Source of the DNA: Desulfobacteraceae bacterium
Lineage (GTDB): Bacteria > Desulfobacterota > Desulfobacteria > Desulfobacterales > SURF-7
Assembly: GCA_003599865.1 (NCBI GenBank)
Contig: QZKS01000012.1
Location: 5,875-69,874 of the forward strand
DNA: 64,000 nt
Reading direction: 5' to 3'
Shown here: positions 7,611 through 16,292 of the stretch, piece after piece
Numbering within the stretch: the first letter of the stretch is position 1
How the letters are laid out: every line of letters starts with the position of its first letter
Position numbers and translations under genes: made by a program
The notes under the pieces: model-generated
Told to the model about the DNA's origin: nothing
Database searches by the model: none
Seen by the model: the letters and a program-made list of their open reading frames with translations, nothing else

Positions 7611-10600
7611 AATTTTTCCCAGTCGATTTCATTTGCGTCAAAAACAGGTCCATCCACACAAACACGGGAGTACTGTTTTGCATGGTTTTTCTGCGTACGG
7701 CATACACAGGACATGCATACGCCGATTCCACATCCCATCCGTTTTTCCAGAAGCACTTTCATGGGAATTTCAAATTCGGAAGCGATTTTTTGAAGCGCTA
7801 TCAGCATGGGTTTGGGGCCGCATGCGACGATCAGAATTTTTTTCGCAGCTTTCTTTTTTTCCAGGCAGGATCGGTATTGTTCCGTGACCAGGCCGCAATG
7901 GTAATTTTCCTTTTTTATTTTCTCACTTAATTCTTCATTCTCCGTGTGTTCCCGGGACAGATAGAGTTCATCGGGTTCCAGGCCGATCCTGGCAAGCTCT
8001 TCAATATACACATAGGCCTTGCCGGATTCCTCTGAAAAACTTCTACCATACGGTGCTTCTGCAAGTGAAGCAATCCGGTCAATTCCAATAAACGCCTTCA
8101 CCTTAAAGGCATAGAATTTCAAGGCCTGACCAAAAAAGACCAGCGGCGCCATGCCGACTCCGCCGCCGACCAGATGCACCTCATCAATTCCCTGAGACCG
8201 CCACCCCGGAATATGGGTATATTTTCCCAACGGTCCCAGAACCCGGATCCGATCCCCTTTTTTTAACCCGGTCATTTCCCGGGTTCCGATCCCGCCTTCC
8301 ATCACCTTGTAAAAAATCTCAAATTTATGGGGAAAGACCGTATGGGTGATACCGGCCAGAACGGTGGGAAGGGATAATGTATCATGATAACCCCATTCAA
8401 AATACTGGTAATAGGCCCGCTGTACGCCAAAAGGCCTTTTTAAGTAGGATTTGGGGGACAGATCCGGCCCCTGCCTTTTCCCTGCTGCAAAAAGATTTTT
8501 ATATCGGATCTGATCCATTTTTTTCCGCAGCTCATCAGGCAGCGGGTCGACCATAATGAACTGACCGGGACCGATATTTTTCATATCCGAAGTCTGAAAG
8601 GCAAGCTTGTAGTGCATGGGGCTTTCTTCCGGCCCGACCGGCTTGTTTTGGATCACTTCCGCCTTGAAGTGCTTCACTGTTTGTTTTGGAACCAGGATCG
8701 GCTGATTGAAAAAGCGTTCCGCCGAAACCCCGAACCTGTCCGGTTTGATCCGGACGGCTTTTCGTACAAGATCCGGAAAGCAGATAAAAAATCCCCTGGG
8801 CCAGTTATCTGCCCATTCAACCTGCCGGCATGCATTCATTTCCAACCGGTCGGTAAAAACCAGATAGCAGATGCTCTCAAAAAGCGATTTATCCTGCCGA
8901 ACAATATTCCCTGCAACCTGTTTCCGTTGTTTCACTCTTTTGGAATCATAAAAACAAAAGAAAATTTTTTTCCCATCCTTGTTTTCGGCGACCATGTCGA
9001 CATCCGGAATTTCATTGTCAGCATTTTCCCATGTCTTTGAATCCGGATATCCCATGATTTCAGCCATGACCTCAGATTGACGCAATTGATCCTTTGCCGG
9101 GAGAACCATCCGGTAGTGATCTTCCGAAAGGATGATGGACAGCAACATCATACACAGAAGGTGATACGCCCTCTCATTTTCAATTGAATCGGAAACAATT
9201 GTTCTCCGTTCCTGCTTTGTGAGCCGGGAGTAGTGTTCTTTCAGGTTCTCCCGGATCATCGGCAGTATATCATCATGGATTTTCTCCGCACTCTTTCCGT
9301 TCTTCAGAAAAGCCGATGCTCGTATGTACAAAAAAAGCTCATGAATATCGCTGTCTGAGGGAGAAAAGGCCGCAACATTCTTCCTTTTGCGGTTGCGAAC
9401 GATAGCGTAGTATCGCTCGGAAAGACGTGAAAAAGCACCCGGAAGAGACCTGATCTCCTGCAATTGACATCCGATTCCCGATAGGGTTTCCTGTAAAATT
9501 TCGGTTGATTCAGGTGCCGAGGATCGATGGTAATAAATGATCCGGCTGGAAGAAGCCGTCTTCTGAATCACCCTTTCCAGTAATTCGGCAAATCGTTCCA
9601 TCTGTCCCTCGTTGTGCCATAAACCGCTTCCCCAGAGAAGATCTCGATCATACTTCATGGACAACCAGGAGGCCTGCAAACCGGACATGCATTGACGAAC
9701 ATCGGAACCATCACCCGGAGGGTCCATAAAAACATGGGTAATGTTTCGTTTCTGCGGAATGGATAATGACAGACAATCCGAATGGCTGATGTATAAATGG
9801 TCATCGGATTTTTCAAAATCATCCATGGAATCGGAAATCCGTAGAAAAGACAACCGGGAATTGATTTCTTTTTTACAGTTCAAAAAAAGATGGAACTGGT
9901 GTTCAAAGGCCGACCAGACGTTGACTTCCGTTGAAGGTGCGGACGCTTTCGGAATCCCCGGAGTCGAAAGGTTGGACAATACATTGACCGCGCTTCCGGA
10001 TATGCCTTTTGTCATGCATCGCAACAGGACGGCAACAAAAACCGCCTGGAATGCCTCGCGGTTTCTGCCTGCCGGAAGTGACTGGATCGCATGAAACAGA
10101 TCTGCCAGAGACGCCAGATTCCGACCGGTAAAGAGGTCTTTCATATAAAAGGCATCAATACTTCCGGTTCCCGGAATTTTTTTTGCCGGAAACCATTGTC
10201 CGGGCGCCGTATTGGACACCAGAACCTGTCGTTTTGCCTCTGAACCGGTTAATGGCGTTTTCCCTCTGAATCCGCAGACATTACAGGTAACAGTTACCGC
10301 ATCCGGATGTATTTCCCCTTTCGTTCCTTTCCATAGCAATTGCGCAAACGGAACTTGCCTGCGGCAGCCGGCGCACAAAATAGTGTATCGTCCCTGAATT
10401 TGATCCGCCACCGCCTCGGAAATGTTTTTCCAATCTTCCCGCAGGCTGAACAAACCCATTGGCTGAAGCAGAACCCGGGTCAGCAGAACAGCAACCGGGT
10501 CAAGATCACCGGCAACAGCACCGGCTCCCTTTTGCAGTGCGACAAGCAGCGGAGTTCCTGCACCGCAAAAAGGATCCAGTACAAGGTCGCCTTTTCTTAC

Positions 10601-10693
10601 ATCTGAAAAAAGTGCAGCCAGGACATCCGGCTGCATTTGATCCCCATATGGAAGGGAATAGGCTGTTTGATTCAATAAATTTATTTTCCCCAT
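7607..10693 (-). CDS. pyrK: PyrK-like electron-transfer subunit (C-terminal ~350 aa, about nt 7607-8680) fused to a ~670-aa N-terminal extension with Zn-ribbon adenine-methyltransferase-like motifs
   Basis: Uninterrupted 1,028-codon ORF. C-terminus: KRPFGVQRA, HLVGGGVGMAPL, ACGPKPM and the 2Fe-2S motif MGCGIGVCMSCVC...CVDGPVF. N-terminus: VLDPFCGAGT (nt 10553-10582) then GDLDPVAVLL, CxxC pairs CAGC and CNVC, and FMDPPG (DPPG at nt 9713-9724) where DPPY is expected. Confidence 0.8.
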   Translation of the reverse strand: MGKINLLNQTAYSLPYGDQMQPDVLAALFSDVRKGDLVLDPFCGAGTPLLVALQKGAGAVAGDLDPVAVLLTRVLLQPMGLFSLREDWKNISEAVADQIQGRYTILCAGCRRQVPFAQLLWKGTKGEIHPDAVTVTCNVCGFRGKTPLTGSEAKRQVLVSNTAPGQWFPAKKIPGTGSIDAFYMKDLFTGRNLASLADLFHAIQSLPAGRNREAFQAVFVAVLLRCMTKGISGSAVNVLSNLSTPGIPKASAPSTEVNVWSAFEHQFHLFLNCKKEINSRLSFLRISDSMDDFEKSDDHLYISHSDCLSLSIPQKRNITHVFMDPPGDGSDVRQCMSGLQASWLSMKYDRDLLWGSGLWHNEGQMERFAELLERVIQKTASSSRIIYYHRSSAPESTEILQETLSGIGCQLQEIRSLPGAFSRLSERYYAIVRNRKRKNVAAFSPSDSDIHELFLYIRASAFLKNGKSAEKIHDDILPMIRENLKEHYSRLTKQERRTIVSDSIENERAYHLLCMMLLSIILSEDHYRMVLPAKDQLRQSEVMAEIMGYPDSKTWENADNEIPDVDMVAENKDGKKIFFCFYDSKRVKQRKQVAGNIVRQDKSLFESICYLVFTDRLEMNACRQVEWADNWPRGFFICFPDLVRKAVRIKPDRFGVSAERFFNQPILVPKQTVKHFKAEVIQNKPVGPEESPMHYKLAFQTSDMKNIGPGQFIMVDPLPDELRKKMDQIRYKNLFAAGKRQGPDLSPKSYLKRPFGVQRAYYQYFEWGYHDTLSLPTVLAGITHTVFPHKFEIFYKVMEGGIGTREMTGLKKGDRIRVLGPLGKYTHIPGWRSQGIDEVHLVGGGVGMAPLVFFGQALKFYAFKVKAFIGIDRIASLAEAPYGRSFSEESGKAYVYIEELARIGLEPDELYLSREHTENEELSEKIKKENYHCGLVTEQYRSCLEKKKAAKKILIVACGPKPMLIALQKIASEFEIPMKVLLEKRMGCGIGVCMSCVCRTQKNHAKQYSRVCVDGPVFDANEIDWEKL

Positions 10694-10896
10694 GGGCTGC
10701 CCAATAAAAAATCGGTTTCCGCCTGATCATTCACGATAATACGGATGTACCATATTTGAATTCTGCACACCAGACGACACTCCTGTCATGTCTTTGTGGG
10801 AACGTATCATGAATCAATATTTCCAATAAATCAACCGTATGTTGGCGAAATTCCGATCATGCATTGATAATATGTTGAATCCCGGCAGCAACCTGC

Positions 10897-10947
10897 AAAA
10901 AAAACACCTTCCAGATTGCATCTGATAATAAGATGGTCCGGAAGGTG
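10897..10947 (-). terminator. Intrinsic terminator closing the small-ORF transcription unit
   Basis: The minus strand reads CACCTTCCGGA-(21-nt loop)-TCTGGAAGGTG followed by TTTTTTTT, an 11-bp stem including one G-U pair. Confidence 0.6.
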
Positions 10948-10996
10948 CGGGCATATTTGATAGGGGGAAACAAATTTTCCAATCCCTGGAAATGAT

Positions 10997-11089
10997 CTAC
11001 AGCTTACAGAATTCCCCGGCCGGAGCGTTATGGGAACATTTCGTCAGCAATATGCTCAATACAATCAATGCAATTGTTAATCCGATCAT
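10997..11089 (-). CDS. Candidate 30-aa hydrophobic small protein (MIGLTIALIVLSILLTKCSHNAPAGEFCKL)
   Basis: Below the ORF-track cutoff and found by manual translation. A strong RBS GAGAGGAGG lies 5-6 nt upstream of the ATG at 11089, and there is one predicted TM helix. No homolog recognised. Confidence 0.3.
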   Translation of the reverse strand: MIGLTIALIVLSILLTKCSHNAPAGEFCKL

Positions 11090-11115
11090 AACGACCTCCT
11101 CTCATGTATGGGTGT

Positions 11116-11145
11116 GGACGGCTCCGATCAGGAGCCGTCCTTTTT
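11116..11145 (+). terminator. Plus-strand intrinsic terminator with no plus-strand gene upstream (possible end of a cis-antisense sRNA)
   Basis: GGACGGCTCC-GATCA-GGAGCCGTCC followed by TTTTT. This is a perfect 10-bp GC-rich stem, and only the plus-strand orientation has the U-run. Confidence 0.6.
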
Positions 11146-11164
11146 GACGTATCGGGAGAGAGAG

Positions 11165-11311
11165 TTATCCTGCCACGTCGATACCAAGATCACAACCAAG
11201 GTTGGGATCCGGGCTGTCACACTCAAAATTGTTTGACCGTGTATCTACATGACCGTCCTCTCTCTCTTTTTCTCTTTCAATATAATCCTGAATATTATCT
11301 TTAGTAGCCAT
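11165..11311 (-). CDS. Candidate 48-aa acidic small protein (MATKDNIQDYIEREKEREDGHVDTRSNNFECDSPDPNLGCDLGIDVAG)
   Basis: Below the track cutoff and found by manual translation. An AGGAGG RBS lies 6 nt upstream of the ATG at 11311, and the stop is TAA at 11165-11167. No homolog recognised. Confidence 0.45.
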   Translation of the reverse strand: MATKDNIQDYIEREKEREDGHVDTRSNNFECDSPDPNLGCDLGIDVAG

Positions 11312-11565
11312 GATAAGCCTCCTTTTTTTGGATGTCAGATGTTTATCACATCTTCTTGACCCACAATATCGTCACTATTTTTCACCCTGCAACCCGAAAC
11401 AAACTGTAGGGCATTGGTAGCGCGAAGCTACCATCAAAAGTACAAATAATTGAAGTTATATGTTTTTTTCTATTATTGTTTTTAGAAAACAGCCGGGATC
11501 AGAAGCAGCTTGATTACAAATTTTTACAGAAGCTATTGATGGGTAACGCAGAAAATCTTTAGGAA

Positions 11566-11641
11566 TGGCGCGCCCGGTAGGATTCGAACCTACGATGTCC
11601 GGCTCCGGAGGCCGACGCCCTATCCCCTGGGCCACGGGCGC
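11566..11641 (-). tRNA. tRNA-Arg (anticodon CCG), CCA encoded
   Basis: The reverse complement GCGCCCGTGGCCCAGGGGATAGGGCGTCGGCCTCCGGAGCCGGACATCGTAGGTTCGAATCCTACCGGGCGCGCCA folds as a cloverleaf: 7-bp acceptor, anticodon loop CTCCGGA, T-loop GGTTCGAATCC. Confidence 0.9.
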
Positions 11642-11702
11642 ATTGTTAAAATTTGGTCACAAAATAGAATAACACTTCCGATAAGTCAAGCCGAAAGACC
11701 GT

Positions 11703-13004
11703 TTATACAATTCCTCGGGATTCAAAAAATGCTCTTGCCTCGCCAACCACATACAACGATCCGGAAATACAGATAACCTCATCCTTTGGTACGGTTTTCA
11801 ATGCATGCTGAACAGCCTCTCCCACATCATTTACGATCTGTACATCCGATATATATTTTTCCGCAACAGGCTTCATCATCAGCGGATCAAGAGCGCGATC
11901 GATCTTGGAACGGGTAAGGATCACCCGGGTGCAATGGGGAAGAAGATTTCCAAGCATGGCTTCATAGGACTTGTCACCCAGGATACCGGCAACCAGGGTG
12001 ATTTTCCGTTCCGACAATTCTTCTTCCATATATCTTGACAGATTCTCGACGGCAGACAGGTTATGAGCCCCGTCCAGAATCACCAGCGGAGAATCCATAA
12101 TTTTTTCCAGACGGCCCGGCCATTTTGTTGTCAGGAGGCCTTTTCGGATGGTATCCACTGGAATGGCAACGGAAGGGTGTTTTCCATACCCCATCTGCAG
12201 CACTTCACAAGCAGAAAGTGCAATCGCGGCATTTTCAATCTGGTGCCTGCCCTGAAGACTTGTCCGAAGATTCTCCCATGCCTCATAAATCCCATGATAT
12301 GTGAATCTGTTTCGTCCGGTTTCTTCTGCAGTAAAATCCATGCCCAGTCTGTAAATCGGCGCAGACCGTTCATCTGCCAGATTCTGCAACACCGCAAAAA
12401 CATTTTCCTGCGATACACCGGTAACCACCGGGGTCCCATTCTTGATGATGCCGCCTTTTTCTGCAGCGATCTTTTCCAGCGTGTCACCAAGATACATCTG
12501 ATGTTCCAGGGAGATATTGGAAATCACGGAAACGGCAGGCTTCAGCACATTGGTTGAATCCATTCGGCCGCCCATTCCGGTCTCGATAATTGCCCAGTCA
12601 ATATCTTTATGTCCAAAATGATAAAAAGCCATGGCCGTTGTGTACTCAAAAAAAGTCGGTTCACGGTCGCCATAACCGACTTTCTTTACCGCATTGTAAG
12701 CCTCCAGAACCTCCTGATCGGTAATTTCACGGTGATTGATTTTTATTCGCTCGTTGAATCGAACCAGGTGCGGGGAGGTATACAAACCAACATTATAACC
12801 CGCTTCTCTCAGTATTGTAGAAAGGTAAGATGCAATAGATCCTTTTCCGTTGGTTCCGGCGATATGGACGGAAGCAAACCGGTCCTGGGGATTCCCCAAC
12901 TCCCTGAGAATGGCTTCCGTGGTCTCAAGGCCAAGGATAATGCCAAACCGCCGTAATCCATACATCTCGGCAAGGCATTTCTGAAACTCCGTATTGTCAT
13001 TCAT
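11703..13004 (-). CDS. folC: Bifunctional folylpolyglutamate synthase / dihydrofolate synthase
   Basis: The P-loop HIAGTNGKGS, YTSPHLVRFNERI and the Mur-ligase layout identify it; 433 aa. Confidence 0.9.
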   Translation of the reverse strand: MNDNTEFQKCLAEMYGLRRFGIILGLETTEAILRELGNPQDRFASVHIAGTNGKGSIASYLSTILREAGYNVGLYTSPHLVRFNERIKINHREITDQEVLEAYNAVKKVGYGDREPTFFEYTTAMAFYHFGHKDIDWAIIETGMGGRMDSTNVLKPAVSVISNISLEHQMYLGDTLEKIAAEKGGIIKNGTPVVTGVSQENVFAVLQNLADERSAPIYRLGMDFTAEETGRNRFTYHGIYEAWENLRTSLQGRHQIENAAIALSACEVLQMGYGKHPSVAIPVDTIRKGLLTTKWPGRLEKIMDSPLVILDGAHNLSAVENLSRYMEEELSERKITLVAGILGDKSYEAMLGNLLPHCTRVILTRSKIDRALDPLMMKPVAEKYISDVQIVNDVGEAVQHALKTVPKDEVICISGSLYVVGEARAFFESRGIV

Positions 13005-13014
13005 AGCGCAATAG

Positions 13015-13056
13015 AAAAACCCGGCAGGGGAAAAATGCCCATTGCCGGGTTTGTTT
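13015..13056 (-). terminator. Hairpin terminator after rpsU
   Basis: ACCCGGCA...TGCCGGGT stem flanked by an A-run and a T-run (AAAAACCCGGCA...TGCCGGGTTTGTTT), between rpsU and folC. Confidence 0.45.
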
Positions 13057-13076
13057 AATGTTATAAAAACGGGCGG

Positions 13077-13289
13077 TTACTTAGCTTTTCGAAATCGGCT
13101 TCTGGAAGCGGCTATGCGTTGCCGTCTCAAGGCTTCTCTTGACTTGCGACGTCGATATTCACTCGGTTTTTCATAACTTTTTTTGAGCTTTAATCGTTTA
13201 AAAAGACCATCATTCTGAATCTTCTTTTTTAAAATCCGCATTGCTTTTTCCAAGTCGTTGTCAAGAACTTTGACTTCAATCTCCTTCAA
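13077..13289 (-). CDS. rpsU: 30S ribosomal protein S21
   Basis: 70-aa basic protein with LEKAMRILKKKIQNDGLFKRLKLKKSYEKPSEYRRRK, typical of S21. Confidence 0.9.
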   Translation of the reverse strand: MKEIEVKVLDNDLEKAMRILKKKIQNDGLFKRLKLKKSYEKPSEYRRRKSREALRRQRIAASRSRFRKAK

Positions 13290-13464
13290 ATTCCTCGCCC
13301 CTTTCTTCCATCAGTTCACTTGATGATGGTTATTTAAATCAAAATAGAACTCCATCTTTTACTGTAAAAAAAAAACCTTTGCAACAGAATTTTTTAAACA
13401 CCCGGCTCATCCGGAAATAACATGAATTAAAAATTTTCCGGAGGAACGGAACCGCCCGATGCAA

Positions 13465-14139
13465 TTACAATTTGGAAATCAGCTCGGCTGTAACATCTTT
13501 TACACTCGGTTTTCCGTCCAGTTCGATATACCTCATCTTACCCTCTTTCTCAGCAACCTTTTTGAAGTAGTAGGCAGAAGCCAGGGTCCCGGTTTTCGTA
13601 TCATAATAAATGGAATGGCGTTTGTTGATCGCATCCTCATCCTGGTCATCCGCTCTTGTAGAGAGACTACCGCCACAGACCCGGCACTTGTCTCCATTCG
13701 GTTTAATGGCATCAATAAAAATATTGTTTGGATGGTTATTGTCATTCACACAAAGGCGGCGTCCCATAATTCTGTTTTTGGCTATCTCTCTATCCAGAAT
13801 AATCTCCACAACGATATCCAGTCCTATGCCTGCCTTTTTCAGAGACTCATCCAACTTTTCCGCCTGGACCTTGTTCCGGGGAAATCCATCCAGCAGCCAT
13901 CCGTTTTTGCAGTCACTTTGTTTCAGTCGATCCAGAATCATGGGAATGGTGATTTCATCGGGAACCAGATCCCCCTTGTCAATATAGGCCTTTGCCTTTG
14001 CTCCCAATTCGGTTCCACCTTTGATATTTTCACGGAATATTGCACCGGACTCGATATGGGGAAGCTTGTATCTTTCCTTTACGATTGCCCCCTGGGTTCC
14101 CTTGCCACTGCCATTTGGTCCAAAAAATAGAATGTTCAT
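13465..14139 (-). CDS. adk: Adenylate kinase (long form with Cys-containing lid)
   Basis: The internal start MNILFFGPNGSGKGTQ at 14139 has an AAGGAGA RBS; the track ORF extends to 14283 with no support. LLDGFPRN and the lid CVNDNNH...CRVCGG are present. Confidence 0.9.
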   Translation of the reverse strand: MNILFFGPNGSGKGTQGAIVKERYKLPHIESGAIFRENIKGGTELGAKAKAYIDKGDLVPDEITIPMILDRLKQSDCKNGWLLDGFPRNKVQAEKLDESLKKAGIGLDIVVEIILDREIAKNRIMGRRLCVNDNNHPNNIFIDAIKPNGDKCRVCGGSLSTRADDQDEDAINKRHSIYYDTKTGTLASAYYFKKVAEKEGKMRYIELDGKPSVKDVTAELISKL

Positions 14140-14648
14140 ACAATCTCCTTTTGTTCGATTTATGGTAAATTTCACACAGCTATTTATAATCATTATTAAA
14201 ATATACAGGATGCGGGATTTCCACATTCTCATGGTTTTCATCGGTACATCGGGCTTAGTATTAAAATGGTTGTACTTTGTCAAGAGCCGGACGCAAAATG
14301 CAAAAAAGCCCTTGACACAAAATTATTCATGTTATAGCCTTTACATGTAAATTAAGATGCCTGCCATGCTCGGAGATAACAATTAACATTCTACAATCAT
14401 AAAATAAAATTCACAAAACACGCATACTTCTTCTAAAAATCTTGGATTCAGCCCATTGACCAATGGAAAACAAAAAAACCAATTTTGTCATTACAAATAA
14501 TGCTTGAAATTCATTTTTTTATCAGACGAAGAGGCATCATTGAGCAGAAGGTATCCATGCTTTTAACAATAGACTGAGTGTCTGGTCAAACCGGAAACAG
14601 AATACTTTATCATCAATATATTATAAAATTTTAACGGGGTAAGAATTA

Positions 14649-15896
14649 ATGAACATTGTCGAGTTAAAGGAAAAAAGCATCAGCGAACTCACCAAAATGG
14701 CCAAGGATTTCAAAATTGAAGGTGCGGCAGGCTTACGAAAGCAGGAGCTGATGTTTGCCCTTCTTCAGGCACAGATTGAAAAAAATGGCTTTATATATGG
14801 TGAAGGCACACTCGAAATCCTTCCGGATGGTTTTGGATTTCTGCGGGCTCCGGACTATAACTATCTGCCGGGTCCGGATGATATCTATGTTTCCCCTTCC
14901 CAGATCCGCCGTTTTAATCTTCGTACCGGCGATACGGTTTCCGGCCAGATCAGACAACCCAAAGAGACCGAACGGTATTTCGCACTCCTGAAGGTGGAAG
15001 CGATCAATTTTGAAGATCCTGAAATTGCAAGAGAAAAAATCCTCTTTGACAATTTAACACCCCTTTATCCGGAAACAAAAATGAACATTGAAACCGATTC
15101 CAACAACTTCTCAACCCGGATCATGGATCTGATGACCCCGATCGGTTTTGGTCAGCGCGGGCTGATCGTATCCCCGCCAAGATCCGGTAAAACCATGCTG
15201 CTGCAAGCCATTGCCAATGCCATTATTTCCAGCCATAAAGATGTTGTCCCTTTTGTCCTGCTGATCGACGAACGTCCTGAGGAAGTTACCGACATGGCAC
15301 GCACCGTTGACGCGGAAGTCATCAGCTCGACATTTGACGAACCGGCAGAGCGTCATGTGCAGGTCGCGGAAATGGTGATTGAAAAGGCCAAGCGCCTGGT
15401 CGAACACAAAAAAAATGTCGTTATTCTCCTGGACAGTATCACCAGGCTGGCCCGGGCCTATAACTCGGTTATGCCGCCCAGTGGAAAAATCCTGTCCGGC
15501 GGGGTGGATTCCAATGCACTTCACAGGCCGAAACGATTTTTTGGAGCTGCCCGAAACATTGAAGAAGGAGGAAGCCTGACCATCATTGCAACCGCTCTGA
15601 TTGATACCGGAAGCCGCATGGATGAAGTGATTTTTGAAGAATTCAAAGGCACCGGAAACATGGAGCTGGTACTGGATCGTAAGATTGCCGACAGGCGCCT
15701 GTACCCGGCCATTGATATTAAAAAATCCGGCACCCGAAAAGAAGAATTGCTGCTCAGCGAAGCGGTTCTGAACCGGGTCTGGATATTAAGAAAATTGCTT
15801 GCAACATTAAATCCTGTTGACAGTTTGGAATTTTTACTTGATAAAATGACCGGAACAAAGGATAATCAGCAATTTTTAGATGCTATGAATACATAA
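14649..15896 (+). CDS. rho: Transcription termination factor Rho
   Basis: The N-terminal [21 protein letters not shown]...[16 protein letters not shown] and Walker A PPRSGKT identify it; 415 aa. A ~500-nt AT-rich leader lies upstream. Confidence 0.95.
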   Translation: MNIVELKEKSISELTKMAKDFKIEGAAGLRKQELMFALLQAQIEKNGFIYGEGTLEILPDGFGFLRAPDYNYLPGPDDIYVSPSQIRRFNLRTGDTVSGQIRQPKETERYFALLKVEAINFEDPEIAREKILFDNLTPLYPETKMNIETDSNNFSTRIMDLMTPIGFGQRGLIVSPPRSGKTMLLQAIANAIISSHKDVVPFVLLIDERPEEVTDMARTVDAEVISSTFDEPAERHVQVAEMVIEKAKRLVEHKKNVVILLDSITRLARAYNSVMPPSGKILSGGVDSNALHRPKRFFGAARNIEEGGSLTIIATALIDTGSRMDEVIFEEFKGTGNMELVLDRKIADRRLYPAIDIKKSGTRKEELLLSEAVLNRVWILRKLLATLNPVDSLEFLLDKMTGTKDNQQFLDAMNT

Positions 15897-15921
15897 TTTT
15901 ACGCAGGGGGTTGAAATTAAA

Positions 15922-16131
15922 ATGAAAAGTGACATCCATCCAAAATATGCAGAAACGGTCATTAAATGCGCCTGTGGGAACACAATAGAGGTCGGGTCCA
16001 CAAAAACAGATATCAGCGTGGAAATCTGCTCAAAATGCCATCCTTTTTTTACCGGAAAACAGAAACTGGTAGATACGGCCGGCAGGATTGAACGTTTCCG
16101 CAAAAAATATGCAAAATTCGATAAAAAATAG
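15922..16131 (+). CDS. rpmE: 50S ribosomal protein L31
   Basis: MKSDIHPKY...CACGN...[13 protein letters not shown] is a classic Zn-ribbon L31. Confidence 0.95.
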   Translation: MKSDIHPKYAETVIKCACGNTIEVGSTKTDISVEICSKCHPFFTGKQKLVDTAGRIERFRKKYAKFDKK

Positions 16132-16169
16132 CCTGGAAAACAAGACAGGCAACATGATCAAAAAAACAG

Positions 16170-16197
16170 CCACCTGCGAACCAGGTGGTTTTGTTTT
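16170..16197 (+). terminator. Intrinsic terminator after rpmE
   Basis: CCACCTG-CGAAC-CAGGTGG followed by TTTTGTTTT. Confidence 0.7.
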
Positions 16198-16292
16198 GCG
16201 GCCTTACCCAGATCAATCGAAACCAGTAACACCTTGTGATATTGATTCATTTTTTAATGGGGATGTAACACCCACGTTACAGAGAAACCAAA

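Noticed and set aside
8960-9010. Possible PD-(D/E)xK nuclease motif (IPDVDMVAENK) in the unassigned middle part of the PyrK fusion.
   Set aside because: The Asp and the E-x-K are only ~6 residues apart, much closer than in genuine PD-(D/E)xK sites, and there is no supporting secondary-structure context. This is likely a chance match.
11104-11304. 66-aa plus-strand ORF in the tRNA-pyrK intergenic region.
   Set aside because: It starts inside and reads straight through the strong 11116-11145 terminator hairpin. It has no RBS, and it is antisense to the 48-aa ORF that does have an AGGAGG RBS.
10694-11565. Genomic island or integrated element at the 3' side of tRNA-Arg.
   Set aside because: There is no integrase or recombinase, and no direct repeat of the tRNA 3' end is visible in the ~870-bp segment. 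The segment is too small and contains only the tiny-ORF locus.
13465-14283. Long form of adk (272 aa), and similar 5' extensions of gdhA (33194), pilV (39682), FAR (60509), the KDSR-like SDR (38237) and pilY1 (40705).
   Set aside because: The conserved N-termini begin at internal starts that have good RBS spacing. The extensions have no RBS, overlap upstream genes, or add non-homologous residues.
14140-14648. Replication origin or DnaA-box cluster in the AT-rich adk-rho intergenic region, where the gene-strand bias switches.
   Set aside because: I found no TTATCCACA-like boxes by eye, and neither dnaA nor dnaN is nearby. The long AT-rich region is adequately explained as the rho leader and divergent promoters.
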